Source: Camelus ferus (Eukaryota). Taken from it: a stretch of DNA of 64,000 bases. Where the stretch lies: NCBI RefSeq assembly GCF_009834535.1, contig NC_045696.1:13890001-13954000 (forward strand), in the 5' to 3' direction. The notes under the pieces were generated by a model. That model searched no databases. It saw nothing but the letters and a program-made list of their open reading frames with translations, and was not told where the DNA came from. A program made the translations under genes and the position numbers. Numbering within the stretch: the stretch's first letter is position 1; each line of letters opens with the position of its first letter. Of the stretch, positions 49,272-62,107 are shown one piece after another.

Positions 49272-51467
49272 TACATTTATTCCAGCATCCATATATGTTG
49301 TCATTATTATAATTATTAGTTATTGCCCAGGGGTTTCTTCTGCTGTTTATTGGGTTTATATATGTAAGATATGAGTTTGCTTTACAAAGCAAGCTTTCCA
49401 ATCCTAGAAATTGAGGGATTTGAAATAAAATTGTTTGTCTTTAGGTGGTGGTGGTTTTTTTTTGGCCATTTTATATAAACAGTATAAATAAACATCTCAA
49501 GAGCTATAAAAGCCTCATTCTTTCAATCATGTGAGTCCTTATAGCTCTCTTCACAGGAGAAGTAAAGCATTGGTGGATAAATATACAGAGAGAAAGCACA
49601 AAATGCAAAGAGACTTCAGAGAGAAAAATAAGATTTAGATATACTGCTAGGTTTGTACATAAAACAAAAATCAAATATAAATCTAACTTGCAGCTATATA
49701 TTTTTACAAAATACCAAATATAAAACTTGAGTAAATCCATTAAGTTCACCTAAAGTTGATTGGTAAAAGTGACCAAATTCATCAATCCTATTGAGTACTT
49801 TTCCATGAAATTCATTTATTTACAGTACATAAGGAGGAAGCCAATTATTCTTAGTGTGAAGAATTTTGGCTCAGGATGTGTGGGTTTTTATCTCTGTGCT
49901 CTCCAATGGCTCAAACTATATATGGCTGAGAACCACAGCCTTCATATCAGCAAAAAATGGGTGTCCTTTATTTTTATTTTTTATAGTCATGTGCTAAACT
50001 TTTATAGGACGCAGATTCCAGAAAATGATACATTGCTGTCAGACAGCTTGAGGAGACAAATCTAATGATAAAAGTGCATTATCTTTATGTTGAGCTAGAT
50101 AAATGTTCTAAGAGATTTTCGAGTCATTATTTCTTTAGAATTTTAATCAGCACTCAGAGGAAGATCAAGTTTATGTGCTACGTTTCTTTTAAACATGAGG
50201 CAATGGGAGCTCAGAGGGAGTCAAGGTCTGGCCAAAGTTCCCAGTCTTATAGAGAAATTGATGTTCACATCTTCCTGAAAGATGGAGACTGCTATAAAAA
50301 GCAAAAAAAAAAAAAGTAGTATAGGATAGAAGACAGAAAGTTTGGGAAATAAAATGGAATGGACAAAGCCAAGAGATATAAAGTCACTTGGTATGTTCAG
50401 GGAACATTTGGGCAATTATTTAACAATGAATGGAGGGTTTATTTGGGAAATAATGCTAGATAGTATTTCTAATGGTTGCACACACCCCCCCCCATAATTG
50501 TGAAATTTGAGTTTTGAAAGAAATTAATCCTGCATTTCCTATCCACCTATTAAATGTACTGGAACAGATGTCTACTAATAATACTCCAGATTTCTTGTCC
50601 ATTCTAAATAATTTTGGATATACTGTAAAGTAAATATTTTTACCAACCATCTTTATATATAGAAGTGTAACATGGTATTATTTACCAAATATAACTTTTG
50701 TCAGCAACAAACTGGGTGGTTCAAATCACTACTAGAACTCTAGTAAAACTGGATAAAGTAATCTGTGCACAAGCATTGGAGTACAACCAGATTAAGAACT
50801 GCTAGGTAAAAATTAGGAGAGTTTTAAGTCAACAGAAATGTTGGCATTTGCGCTGCTTTCTTCCTAGAGTTGCCCACTAATTCCAAAAATGTTAGTGGGC
50901 TCATAGTGTGAATAAATGCAGTTAGAACCCCTGCATATTATAACGAGCTGGGAATATAGGTACACATTCCAGGGTTTTGAAACATTCTAGGATTGTAAAG
51001 ACTCTACTAGAATTTTTAGGTTAAGCAAACAGAATATATTTTAAAGGAACCGAAGTCAATCTTCGAATTTCATCCTTCATGATTATATGACAATGTTAGT
51101 AATCTTACCCTAGCTTGGTACACTCAGAGTAAATTCTTCTGCAAATAGACTCATTCAGAGCCTCGTATTACCTAGAGTCATTGATTAAAAATTATCAATG
51201 CTACAAAAAAGGCAACACAAGACCAAACCAACAGATAACATGGAGTACAAACGAATCTATGGGAGATTCAGATAATGGACATATTAGAAATGCATGGAAA
51301 AATAATTGTGGTTATTATCCTTAAGAAATTAAAGACAAGGTTAAGAATTTTAACAGCGTGCTAGAATATATAAAAATGAAAACAAAAAATGCAAAAACTG
51401 TAAAATACAGTAACTAGAACAAACAAAGCTCAAGTGAATTCAAAGACAAACTAAAATAGTCTGAAAC

Positions 51468-52118
51468 TGTTAGAGCAGGCAGATAGGTAGATATGAGTAG
51501 AGAAAGGGGGACACTGGCCAAATGGCTGAAATTGGGCAGAAAAGAGGGGCACAGGTCAAATGCAGGAAACCATACATCATGTGAGCACCAGGGGTCCCTG
51601 GACAGATAAAGAAAAGCAGGAATTTCTGGGTTGACAAGTGGTCACAGCTTTTGCAGTGACAAGCGGCCTGGAGGCCAACAAAGAAAGGTGGGAAAAGGGA
51701 GGAATCTTCAGTGTCCAAATGTAACTTTTTGCTTATTATGCCCATCTCAATAAAATTAGCCTCGCAGATTCGAAGTACCCATCATGCACTGACACCATGA
51801 CACTTCCAACCCAGACTAAACAAGGACAAAAATCCCTCCCTTCTGAAAGGTGGAGTTGGGATAAAAATCAGGCAATATGACCCCAAACCCTTCCCTCCCC
51901 AGTGAATATTCCATGCATTCATTTTTTACATCCTATGTAGCCAACTTGCCAAAGAAACTCAGGGCAGCTGCCCACCTAAGCCTGCCCGCTCTCCCCTTGA
52001 GTGTACTATCTCTCCCTTAATAAATCCTCACTTTACATTCCTGACCTCTGCGTCTTGTCTCTGAATGCTTTCTGGGGTGGGGCAAGAAACAGGACACCGG
52101 CTACATCTGCCAGCAACA
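51468..52118 (+). mobile_element. ERV1-type solo LTR (family B, copy 2)
   Basis: TGTTAG...GCAACA, TSD AAAC/AGAC (one mismatch), colinear with 47538-48194. Confidence 0.92.
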
Positions 52119-52422
52119 AGACTATAGGCAAACATCCCTTCCAGCTGAAATAGAATCTAATAATGAGCTCAGATCAGGGAGTGGCAGCATGGTCAAGTAC
52201 AGGCACACCAGCAGTTCAACCAAGCTGATTAAAATCGGAGACAGTGCCTACCTAACTCAGTTATTTGAGGAATCTTACTTACAAGCCTTTTACCTTTCTA
52301 ATATGTAGAAAAAAGATTTACAGTCTCTGGGAAACAGTGAATCAAAATATTTCATATATATATTTGTGTATGTGTATCAATAATATAATCATAAATTGTA
52401 TGTGCATATAAAGCAATCTTAC

Positions 52423-53027
52423 TGAGACAGGATGGAAGGGGGCAGGGCGTAGCCATTCAAGGAATGCTACAGCAATGAACATCGAAGTGGCAAAAACCCC
52501 AATAGGCCTTGAGGCTCAAGATGATGAGAGATTTAACTTCTAGCAGATCTTGAGCTTCATTATACGCTAATTGTAATATATTGACATGGTGAGTAACACA
52601 CCCACAGGCACCATGGCAGTCCCAAGGCTCGCCACAAAAGGTCAAAGAGTGGGAAATGGGCAACTTCCTGGGAATCCCAGCCCCTTCCCCAGGCTACTTA
52701 GACTGGTCCTTCCACTTACTAGCATATGAAGCCACCAAGCCCATAAAAACTAGCAACATGGCTCTCTCTCCCTCTTCGGAGATGGCCCACATTCTGTCTA
52801 TGGAATGTGTACCTACTTTTAATCTGAGCACCCAACCCCTACACCTCATGGCCTTTCTCTTGCCTTTCAATGTATCTCTCTGAATAAATCTACCTTTACT
52901 CAACCGTGGCTCGCTCTTGAATTCTTTCCTGCACAAAGCCTGCACACTTGGTGGGGCATGTCCCAGGGGCTCAGCCAAAGCCTGGGACACAGCCCTTGTC
53001 ATGCCTCACACCTGTTTTTCTGCATCA
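52423..53027 (+). mobile_element. ERV1-type solo LTR (family C, copy 1)
   Basis: TGAGACAGG...TGCATCA with AATAAATCTACCTTTACTC. Colinear with 60501-61166. TSD is poor (TTAC/ATAT). Confidence 0.88.
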
Positions 53028-56000
53028 ATATGGATATATAAATATAAATATTTATACTACAAAATGTGCTTTTACATATACAATGTCTATAATGCAATAA
53101 AACATTACAAAAAATGGCAAAGAGCATGTAAATATTACCCCTATCAAAAGAATAGCAATTAATAGGAGCAAATTCACATTTCATACAAATATTAGACTTA
53201 GTTGACATAGAGTCTAAAATGACTATGATGGATATTGAAAAATTTAAGAAAAAGATGGACATAATTGATAAATTTATGGGGAATTTTAAGATACAAACAT
53301 TAAAAAAAAATACCTAATGGTTATTCTTAAATGGAAAGTTAAAAATTTAAGTTTTAAAATAATCAACTTAGAATCAGGTCAAAATATCCTTCAAAAATGA
53401 AGAAAAATGAAAACTTTTTCAGAAAAATTCTCTCCTCATAAGTTATCTATAAAATAATTAATTTAATTCTGACTTATTTAATTAGCAATTTCTAGAAGTT
53501 GGTGCAGTTAAAAAAATACTATAATCTATTGTTAACACTCCTCATATCAGAAAGAATTGGATCTATATCTCAGGAATGTAGACTTACAAACAAACAAAAA
53601 ATAATTGCAAGTCAGTAATTTCACAGTAAAGAGCACACATATTGAAATTGCCCAGTTGTATAATGTTGACAAATAATTCAGTGTTATTTCTTAAAAAGAC
53701 AAACAAACAAACAAACAAAAAAACCATCCTGGGGGCCAACACTATACAGAAATAATCGATACAAGATTGGAGCTGGATTGACCAGGATCTGAGTGCACGG
53801 AAAGTCTTCTCAACTGATAACCCTCGTCATTCACTGTAACACAAATGTAGACTTGGAGATGAAAATAAACTGGAAGAGAATGAGGCTTCAAGCTCCTTTG
53901 ATTGATGCAGAGGATATGAACTGAGATTCTGTACCCTTTGAAAACAAATTTATTGACTTTCCACTTTGCCTAAGAGTGGTTCTGCTTGCTACTCATTATG
54001 TGATTACTCTTAAGTTTGCCAAGAGGACTATTTTGAAGAAGTGTTTGGAATACAAGAAGAATGGGGAATATTTTCCAAATAATTATGTAAATTGTGTAAA
54101 GTTATCAGTCACTTCTTTTCTTATATGCTGTTTCTTTTAAAAATTGAAATGACTGATTTTATTGATTTTCTCAAAATCCAAATTTTGACCATGTTGTTTA
54201 TCTCTGTTTTATATTTGACTTCTATCTCATTGATTTCTACTCTTACCTTTATAATTTTCTATCATAAATTTATTTTTGGTTTAAATCACTATTCTTTTTT
54301 CTGGCTTCCTCACATAAAGCACTAAAAAATTTCAAGCTTTCTTGAATGGTCATATATACTTTAAAATCTAAGAATTTCCTTCTAAACCACTGTATCTCTC
54401 AAATTTTACTGGGTTGTATCATCATCATCATGCTTTTAAAAACATTTCTTATTTCCATTTTTTCTTTGATGTTTGAATTTTATGAGTGGTCCTAATTAAT
54501 TCACAGTCATGAGGTTCTCTTCATTTAAAAGTTTGTAGTTCATTTTTATCTTATATCTACTGATTTTTCACATTTTAAATGTATTATCGGCAGTAAACTT
54601 AACAATAACCCAAATTTAAAGTCTAATGCCAGCATTTTTGATAGAATTTATTTCAATAGATTCTCTCCTCAAAGTGAAATTCACATGAATAAAATGTACT
54701 AAACCCCTTAATCCAAAAATAATGTGATGGTTTGTTATCTGTTTATTTTCTAATCATGTTTCCTTGTGTACTTGCAGGATTAAATGTGAACGGGTTTTGA
54801 AATCCTACGTGTGTGCAAGGTCTTAACTAATATCTTCAGAACTTTAAGTGTCTTATTGTAATAATTTCCTGGAAATTCATAGTTTGAAGGCACAACTTTC
54901 TCTGACTATAAATCTTAGAAGCAGAGGAGAGGTGAATTCCCTCAACGAACAACTGACTATGTGTCTGTACTCGCAGGAGGGAATTTGGAAGTTGGTATAT
55001 ACACTAGTTATGTAGAAAACAAGGAGAGAATTTAGTTTATATGATTTGGTTCATAATAAAAAAAAGTAAATAAAGGACTAGTATATATTCGTAAGACTGA
55101 GGAAAAAAATGTCTATGAGCTTTTAGTAACTAAAATTGAATTTGCCCCATTTTGGTTGGCAAAGTATCTGAACTTTGCATTCCAACAGCCAATTTCTAGT
55201 CTGATTCATTTCTCTAAGGGCGATAAGGAGGTTATCACTGAACCTAGGTGGGACACAACCAAAACAGACATACAAGCTTCTCTAGAAGGCCTAGAAGGGT
55301 CTAGGTTTGGGCGGCATGGATTCCATCTTGGTACCTTCCCAAGTCTCAAACTCACAGTAGCTGAAAATGAGCTTCTGGAGCAACCCATATGTCTGTTTTG
55401 GTTGTATCTCACCATGAAATTTGATACTATTTGATTTTTTTAATGGTTACTTTCTAAGCTTTTATAAATATACATAACTTTAGGAAACAATGTCTCCAAA
55501 TAAACAGCTTGTAAATGAGCCAAATATAAAAATAAAATGCTATCTTTGTGTAGAGCCTAGGGATCTTTAAAGAAATTTCCTATGCATTATTTCATCATAT
55601 GCTGTCAAGCAGAACTGTGAGGAATTCACTCATTGTAACCGGAAGTCCTTTTTTGCCCTACAAGAAAAGAGAGGCTCTAAAAGAATCATAGACTTGCTAA
55701 AGGTACCATTTCCTTAAGGAAATGAACATACCTTATTCTCTTCTTATGTATTAAATATGAGAGACCTAAGTGATGGCATAGATCCCCAAGTTGAACCCAC
55801 TTATTGTATAAACGTAGAACTTGAGATCTAGAAGAGTTAGTTTCTAGGTGTCATAGAAATTACCGATAAAACTCTTAATTCCTAGGTTTCATTTAATACA
55901 ATTTCAATTGTTCAAGGAGGATCTTATCTTGCCTTCTCAGTCTGTCTCTCTTCCTCTCCTATCAGTTATCACCACCACCATCATCATTGTCACTAGATTG

Positions 56001-57727
56001 CTTGGGAAATATTCATGGTTTGGGGACTGTTCCTGGGAAATCTGAAGGGATTGAAATAATGAGAGAAAAATATACAATATTTTATGTGGCATTCCCAACA
56101 GAAATTGAAATAATAATGTCAGGTGCTCTCCTGTGAACTCAATCTGATTTTGTTTATAACTTCCATAATTTTTGAAAAGGTAATATTCTAAGTTATCCCC
56201 ATATGAAAATTTCCACTTTTGCCAAATTGGGGCAATCTCTGATGATTAAAAATTATCTGCATATTTCAGATGTGAAAATGGTTCTCTGGCCTCTGGAAAT
56301 ACTCTATTTAAAAAGCAAGCTTCCTTTTAAAGACAAACCAGGGATTGATTCAATAATAATTATACAGCAATAAAGTGAAGCACTCACACACAACTGGTAA
56401 TTACAATGTTGGAAACAGTAAACTTGTAATATCACAAATGGTACTGAAGTTAAATATAATTATGTTTCATTTAAGGATGTAAGTCTCAAACTATAAAAAC
56501 TTGTATTATTATTTCTCAAGAAACTATCCCAATTCCACGTAAAACTGCTCTGGAGACAGCCGAACACCAAGGCTTGGGCAACATTCTGGCTTTAAAAGGA
56601 TTAAGACAGATCCTGCCTAGATTCCAGCAACAGTGAGTCTGAGGCTTCAGTTCCCTGCAAAGGCAGCCCTGCTCTCCTTCACACTGCCATTAGAGCTCTC
56701 AAAATTCCTGTCCCGACCAGACTTCTGGTTTCCTCTTGCTTCATTCCTTGCCCATCTGTTACAGTCACTGGCTCTGTGAGACCTGAATTCAGGGGTTCAG
56801 TTTCCAAGCTCCTGCTGCCTAAGTGACTTTATTTCCAGGAATTGCCAGTCATCATTTTTACCAGCCGGCATGTGGTACTTACTTCTAGGAATTAATGTAT
56901 TCCGTTTCCCAGGAAACTCATCATGAATCATTCCCGTGCCATTGATTTCACCAATTTCTATTTATTTATTCTTGTCACATTAGTGATTGTAGATAACAGC
57001 TTTGTTTTCTCCCAAACTTAACTCCCATATTTTTTTTTATTAGTAATGCCTCAGCAGTACCTTGCCAAACATCTTGTCGATACCAATTGATCCTCAAAAT
57101 AATATGCATTCCATTTTGTTCTTAGGGAATGCATGGTAAACAAATGTTCTATTACATTATTTTTCAGGGAGAATGCTTTCATTTCTATACTTCTCTATGT
57201 TATGAAAATTTTAAAACAATTTTTAGAAATTTGGCTTCCATTTCTCTGAACTTACCATCTAGCAAGTTTAACTAAATAATGATTTAATTACAGCAGTAAT
57301 TAAAGCTGTAAATGAGCAGTTCTTCAACATATAAGTATATTTAACAGCGAGACTTTAATAACAATCTTATATGTCAATAAACTTCCCAGAGAAAGTATTT
57401 TATAAGCGAATGAGTACATCTGGAGAATGAATACATGAGTGTTTATAAATAGCTTGACCTGGGAAGAAACTGGAGCAAAGATGCTTAATTAGATGATTGC
57501 ACCAATTTGAATAGAAAAAAAGAAAACCTATGATTAATGAAGTCCAATAGGCAGAATGTCCACATGGACCCATCCTATAATGCTAAACCCATCTCTCATT
57601 TCTACACAAATTCCTCCTTTTACTATAAACCAACTGATCTTCAATTCTTCCCTGAACACAAGTGTATATTTTTCCTCTCTGCTTTGGTCATTTTACTTCA
57701 TCTTTTTTTTTTTTTTTTACTTCCCCT

Positions 57728-58189
57728 CGTTGCCGCAAAACTGGCCTCTGTACCCCCAAAATGGATTGAGACTCAGAGGCAGAAAAGAACAGCTTTATTG
57801 CTTTGCCAGCTGGTGAATGCCTTAGAGAATGTGAATCCATCTTGGAGTTGGGGTCTTGAATTTTTAGAGAAAAAAAAAAAACTGGATGGAACAGGAAAGG
57901 TGATAATAGTCAGGGTGCTTTGCAGGGTGCTGCTGTATCCCCCTTAACCTCACTGAATCTTTCTGGAGTCATGGGGGAACTGCAGAGGGTCTGTCCATTC
58001 CTCTGAGATTATCTGCCCATTACCTTCTTCCTGGAGCAGAGCCTCTGGGTTAAAACTATTGTAAAGAATGTAAGGGAGAAGTTTGGAGGTTACTTAGCAG
58101 AAAAGCAGCAAGGGTCAGGAAGCAGACTGCAGGACTTCTTAGGAAGAATCAGCAGACAGTTTTAGCATCAGGGAAGTTCGCTCCTTTCC
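57728..58189 (-). mobile_element. Probable ERV1-type solo LTR on the minus strand
   Basis: GTTGCCGCAAAACTGG...GAAAAGAACAGCTTTATTGCTTTGCCAG (reverse AATAAA) resembles artiodactyl ERV1 LTRs as recalled. Ends are degenerate. Confidence 0.5.
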
Positions 58190-58630
58190 TCCTCCTTCAC
58201 CCTTATCTATTCTCAGAACACTTGTGTTTCTGATATTTAAGAAAGTCCCAGCTTTTAGAGTTATTTTTAAATGCCATTTCCTTTATCATTCTTCTATCAC
58301 CAAATAAAAGTTTTCTTTTAGTCTTGTGAAGTTGGAGCTAAACTGAATTACAGTGAAATTTAAAGGCTGAGGTGATAGGAATAGTATGATATGGTGAATA
58401 CGGCAATCTTGAATTAGAAGACATTTAATTAGTCAATTACTATATGTAAAGTTTCCATTTCCTGATCAGAAGAGACTTTGAAAATGGAAATCCCAGGCTC
58501 ACTGAGGATAAGAGCAGAAATTTTGTTGCAAATGCCTTCTAAATGAACTAGATTAATAATATCAGTCAACTTTAACTCATTCCCTTGGTCAGATATAATT
58601 TGATACTGTGAAGAAAAGGTTCATAATACT

Positions 58631-58719
58631 TCATGTATGACTGAAGAATTGTGCTGACACCAGATATTGACACAACATTGTAAACTGACTATACCTTAAA
58701 AATAAAAATAAAATTTTAA
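58631..58719 (+). mobile_element. Very short (about 90 bp) L1 3' end
   Basis: TGTATGACTGAA...CACAACATTGTAAACTGACTATAC plus an A tail. 17-bp TSD AAAAGGTTCATAATRCT at 58614-58630 and 58720-58736. Confidence 0.88.
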
Positions 58720-58849
58720 AAAAGGTTCATAATGCTAAAAAGATACATGTCTGTTAATTAATACGTGTTATTGTTGTGGACTGAGAATGTAGCACATTCC
58801 TACTCATATATATACACACAAATCAGCAACATTAATGTATTCCCACACA

Positions 58850-59590
58850 TTTCTAGTCTTCATTGGACTATAGGTCTTATCTAGAGCAATAAGGCAAGAA
58901 AAACATATAAATGGCATAACTATCAGTAAGGGAGTAAGAAAGCTTTCTTTTTTCACAAGTAGAATGATTGTATACATAAAAAAAGCCTAAGGAACGTACA
59001 AAATTACCACAGGAATATCTATTTTATTTCTACTTACAAACCAAAAATCTATGAAAAACTCAGTCTAAAATATGTTGTAGTAACAGCAAAATATATACTC
59101 TAAAATTACATTTCAAGATTCAAGATTTCCATATTTAATATTTATAAAATACTGCAGAAAGAAATTAACTAAGACTGAAATAAATAGAGAGATATATCAT
59201 GGACTGAAAGCTATTTATTATCCCTGATTTGTAGATTAAACGCATTCTGAACAAACATGCCACCCAGCATTTTTATAAAAATTGAAAAACTGATTTCAAA
59301 ATTTATATAAGAAAGCAAGAATAGGCAAAGTAATCTTTAAAAAGGAGAATTAAATTTGGAAGACTTTCACTATTTCATTTCAGAATTTAATATAAAAGTA
59401 TATTAAGATATTATGGTACCAAAAAAAGTATAGGTAATTATTCAGTGGAACAGAATAGAGTTCTGAGATGGACTTACACATATACTGTTGACTTCTTTTC
59501 ACAAAGATGTGAAATCAATTCAAATGTGAAAAACTGTATTTTCAACAAATAACATTAAAATCACTGGATACATTTAAAGAACTAAAAAAC
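58850..59590 (+). mobile_element. Old L1 ORF2 (RT and downstream) remnant
   Basis: GCAATAAGGCAAGAAAA..ATGATTGTATACATAAAA..CTAAATAAATAGAGAGAT-like..CAGTGGAACAGAATAGAG..TTTTCAACAAAT. Confidence 0.75.
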
Positions 59591-60500
59591 AAAAAGAAAA
59601 AATGTGTTGCTGTGCAACAATCTTATATCTATGCTTAAAATCATTCAATGGCTTTTGTTGCTTTTTAAAGAAAGTGTAATCCTGAATTAGACCTCTAAAG
59701 TCCTATAGAGAATAGCCCCCAGATCTTTCTGGCTTAATTTCAAGTCATTCTTTCCTTTCTCCTCAATAACCAGACAAAATGGTTTTCAGTTTTATAATGC
59801 ACATCTCAAAACTTTGGACCTAAAAACACTTTCTCTCAAAGCCCCACCTCTAAATCCCCTACTTTTCCATTAGGGCTGTTTCAAATGCTATTCCTCTGGG
59901 AATATTTTCTTGCCCTTTCTGACCAGGTGAGATTTCTTTGATGTATGTTAATGTAGCATCAAGAACCAATTTATAGCTCATTATTTAGGATCTGCTTTCT
60001 CTGTTAGACTTTCAGTCCAGTTAGAACAAACAGCACACATTTTCTTAATCTATTTTTTCATTGTGGAGTAATACACAAAACAATTTTATGTTTAAAATAC
60101 ATATTCAACAATATATTTCCATAACAAAGATTCGGGTTCATGGTAAAGGTTTAATGAAAATATTGTAAAAATAAGAGTACCGGCAAAATGTTTGACAGTG
60201 TATTCTGAGGTGTGATTAATTAAAAGAAAAAATGTGGGGTCAGGGAGCTGGGGAGGATAAGACTGCTCTCTATAATCACTACTGAGACAACTATTAATAA
60301 ATAGAAATTGGTGAAATCAAGTGCCTAGAAATGATCCATGAGAGTGCATTTATTCTTGGCAATCAGAACTGGAAACCGGTTGGTCGACAGATAATCAGCA
60401 GCTTCTGGAACTTTAGTTGTGTGGGCAGCAGGTTGAGATCCAAACCCCTGGGTTCACAGTCCATCTCTCAGAGGTACAGCAGGAGGAATCTGGAAGCTAG

Positions 60501-61166
60501 TGAGACAGGAGTTAAGGGGGCAAGGGCACAGCCATCCAAGGAATCTCACAGCAATTAACACCAAAATGGTGGAAGATTCCACTCCCAGTAGGTCTTGAGG
60601 ATCAAGATGGTGGGATATTTGACTTTTAGTAGACCTCAAATTTTATTATACACTCATTGTAATATGTTAGCATGGTAAATAACATACCCACAGACGCCAT
60701 GACAGTTCCAAGGCTGACCACAAAAGGTCAAAGTGTGAGTAGTGGCCCAATTCCTAGGAATCCTAGCCCCTTCCCCAGGGTAGTTGGAATGACCCTCCCA
60801 CTTGTTAGCATATGAAGCTACCAAGCCCATAAAAACTGGCAACTCCACACCTCATGACCACCTCTCTCTCTCTTGTCTTTGGAAATGGCCGGCACTCCGT
60901 CTGTGGAGTGTGTACCTACTTTTACTTTAACCCAGGCACCCAACCCCCACACCTCGTGGCCTTTCTCACCCCTTTTAAAACAGCCTACACTCTATGCAAT
61001 ATGTATCTGTCTAAATAAATCTATCTTTACTCAACTGTGGCTCGCTCTTGAATTCCTTCCTGTGTGAAGCGAAGGACCCACACTTGGCGAGGCATGTCCC
61101 AGGGGCTCAGCGGAGACATGGGACATGGCCCTCCTCACGCCCCACATCCATTTTTTCCCTATGTCA
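60501..61166 (+). mobile_element. ERV1-type solo LTR (family C, copy 2)
   Basis: TGAGACAGG...TGTCA with a perfect TSD CTAG at 60497-60500 and 61167-61170. Confidence 0.92.
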
Positions 61167-61607
61167 CTAGAGGCAACTAGATAAATGTCAGGTGGTCTCC
61201 TGCTAGTTGTGTAGAATACGATTAGGTTGGTGAAATCTGGATGACCCCTGGACTACTCACTATACTATAACTAATTGTTGAAATATAGGAAGAATAAAAT
61301 CTGTACTCTGGGAAATTTATAATGTGTCAGAGCCTTGGAATGAAGGAAGAAGATGCGGTTTCCTGAGTAGTAATGACAAGACATCAGCTCAGGAGTTATG
61401 AATTTCTTATTATAAAATAATATAGTTTTCTTATTTTGACTATCAACCTGAAATAAGGTATTATATTTACCTTCAGACATACTTGCAGTATTACAAATTC
61501 ATTGTCCCCACCACTGAAGTCTCCTCTTTGTGAGCATGTCATCATAGTGCTATTTTTATTCAATCAATCTTTGAGTTGTTTCTATAAACCTGCTTGTTTA
61601 CTAGTTT

Positions 61608-62107
61608 TGATAGGCAGACTAATGGCCCCTCAAAGGTATTCATAAACTTTGTGAATATTTTACTTTATGTGGCAAGGGTAATGAAGGTAGTAGTTGGAAT
61701 TACAGTTGCTAATCACTTGATAAAATAGAGAGATTGCCACGTGGGCCCAATATAATTAAAAAGCATCCTTCAAAATGGAAGAGACAGGTGGAAGAGAAGG
61801 TCACAGTGATACATTATAAGAAGGATTTGACTCACCATTGCTGGCTTTGAAGATGGTGGAAGAGGGGCGTGGGCGAAGCAATTCATGTAGCCACTACAAA
61901 ACAAAAAAAGGCAAATAAATAAATTTTCTCCCATATCCTCTGTAACGACATGCAGCCCTGCCAGCACCATAATTTTAGCCCAATGAGACTGTCTGACTTT
62001 CGTCCTACAGAATGATAGCACATTTTTATTGTTTAAGCCATATGTATGTATATGTGTATGGCTCATTTGATATCATTTGTTGTAGCAATAATAAAAAACC
62101 TAAGACA
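61608..62107 (+). mobile_element. MLT1D-like MaLR solo LTR
   Basis: AGGCAGACTAATGGCCCC..GTTGCTAATCA..GTGGGCCCAAT..CATTGCTGGCTTTGAAGATGG..GCCCTGCCAGCACC..TTGTTTAAGCCA..TTTGTTGTAGCAAT. Confidence 0.85.

Noticed and set aside
50872..50900. Hairpin GCCCACTAA-N11-TTAGTGGGC
   Set aside because: A 9-bp stem is expected by chance in 64 kb and is too short for a pre-miRNA.
47538..52118. Provirus or LTR retroelement that captured a KRTAP gene
   Set aside because: Each LTR has its own TSD, the outer flanks (CCAT, AGAC) do not match, no PBS or PPT was seen, and KRTAP upstream homology continues to the left of the first LTR.
52423..61166. Full-length provirus of about 8.7 kb between the family C LTRs
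   Set aside because: The second LTR has its own CTAG TSD, and the interior is old L1, MIR and unique DNA with no gag, pol or env.
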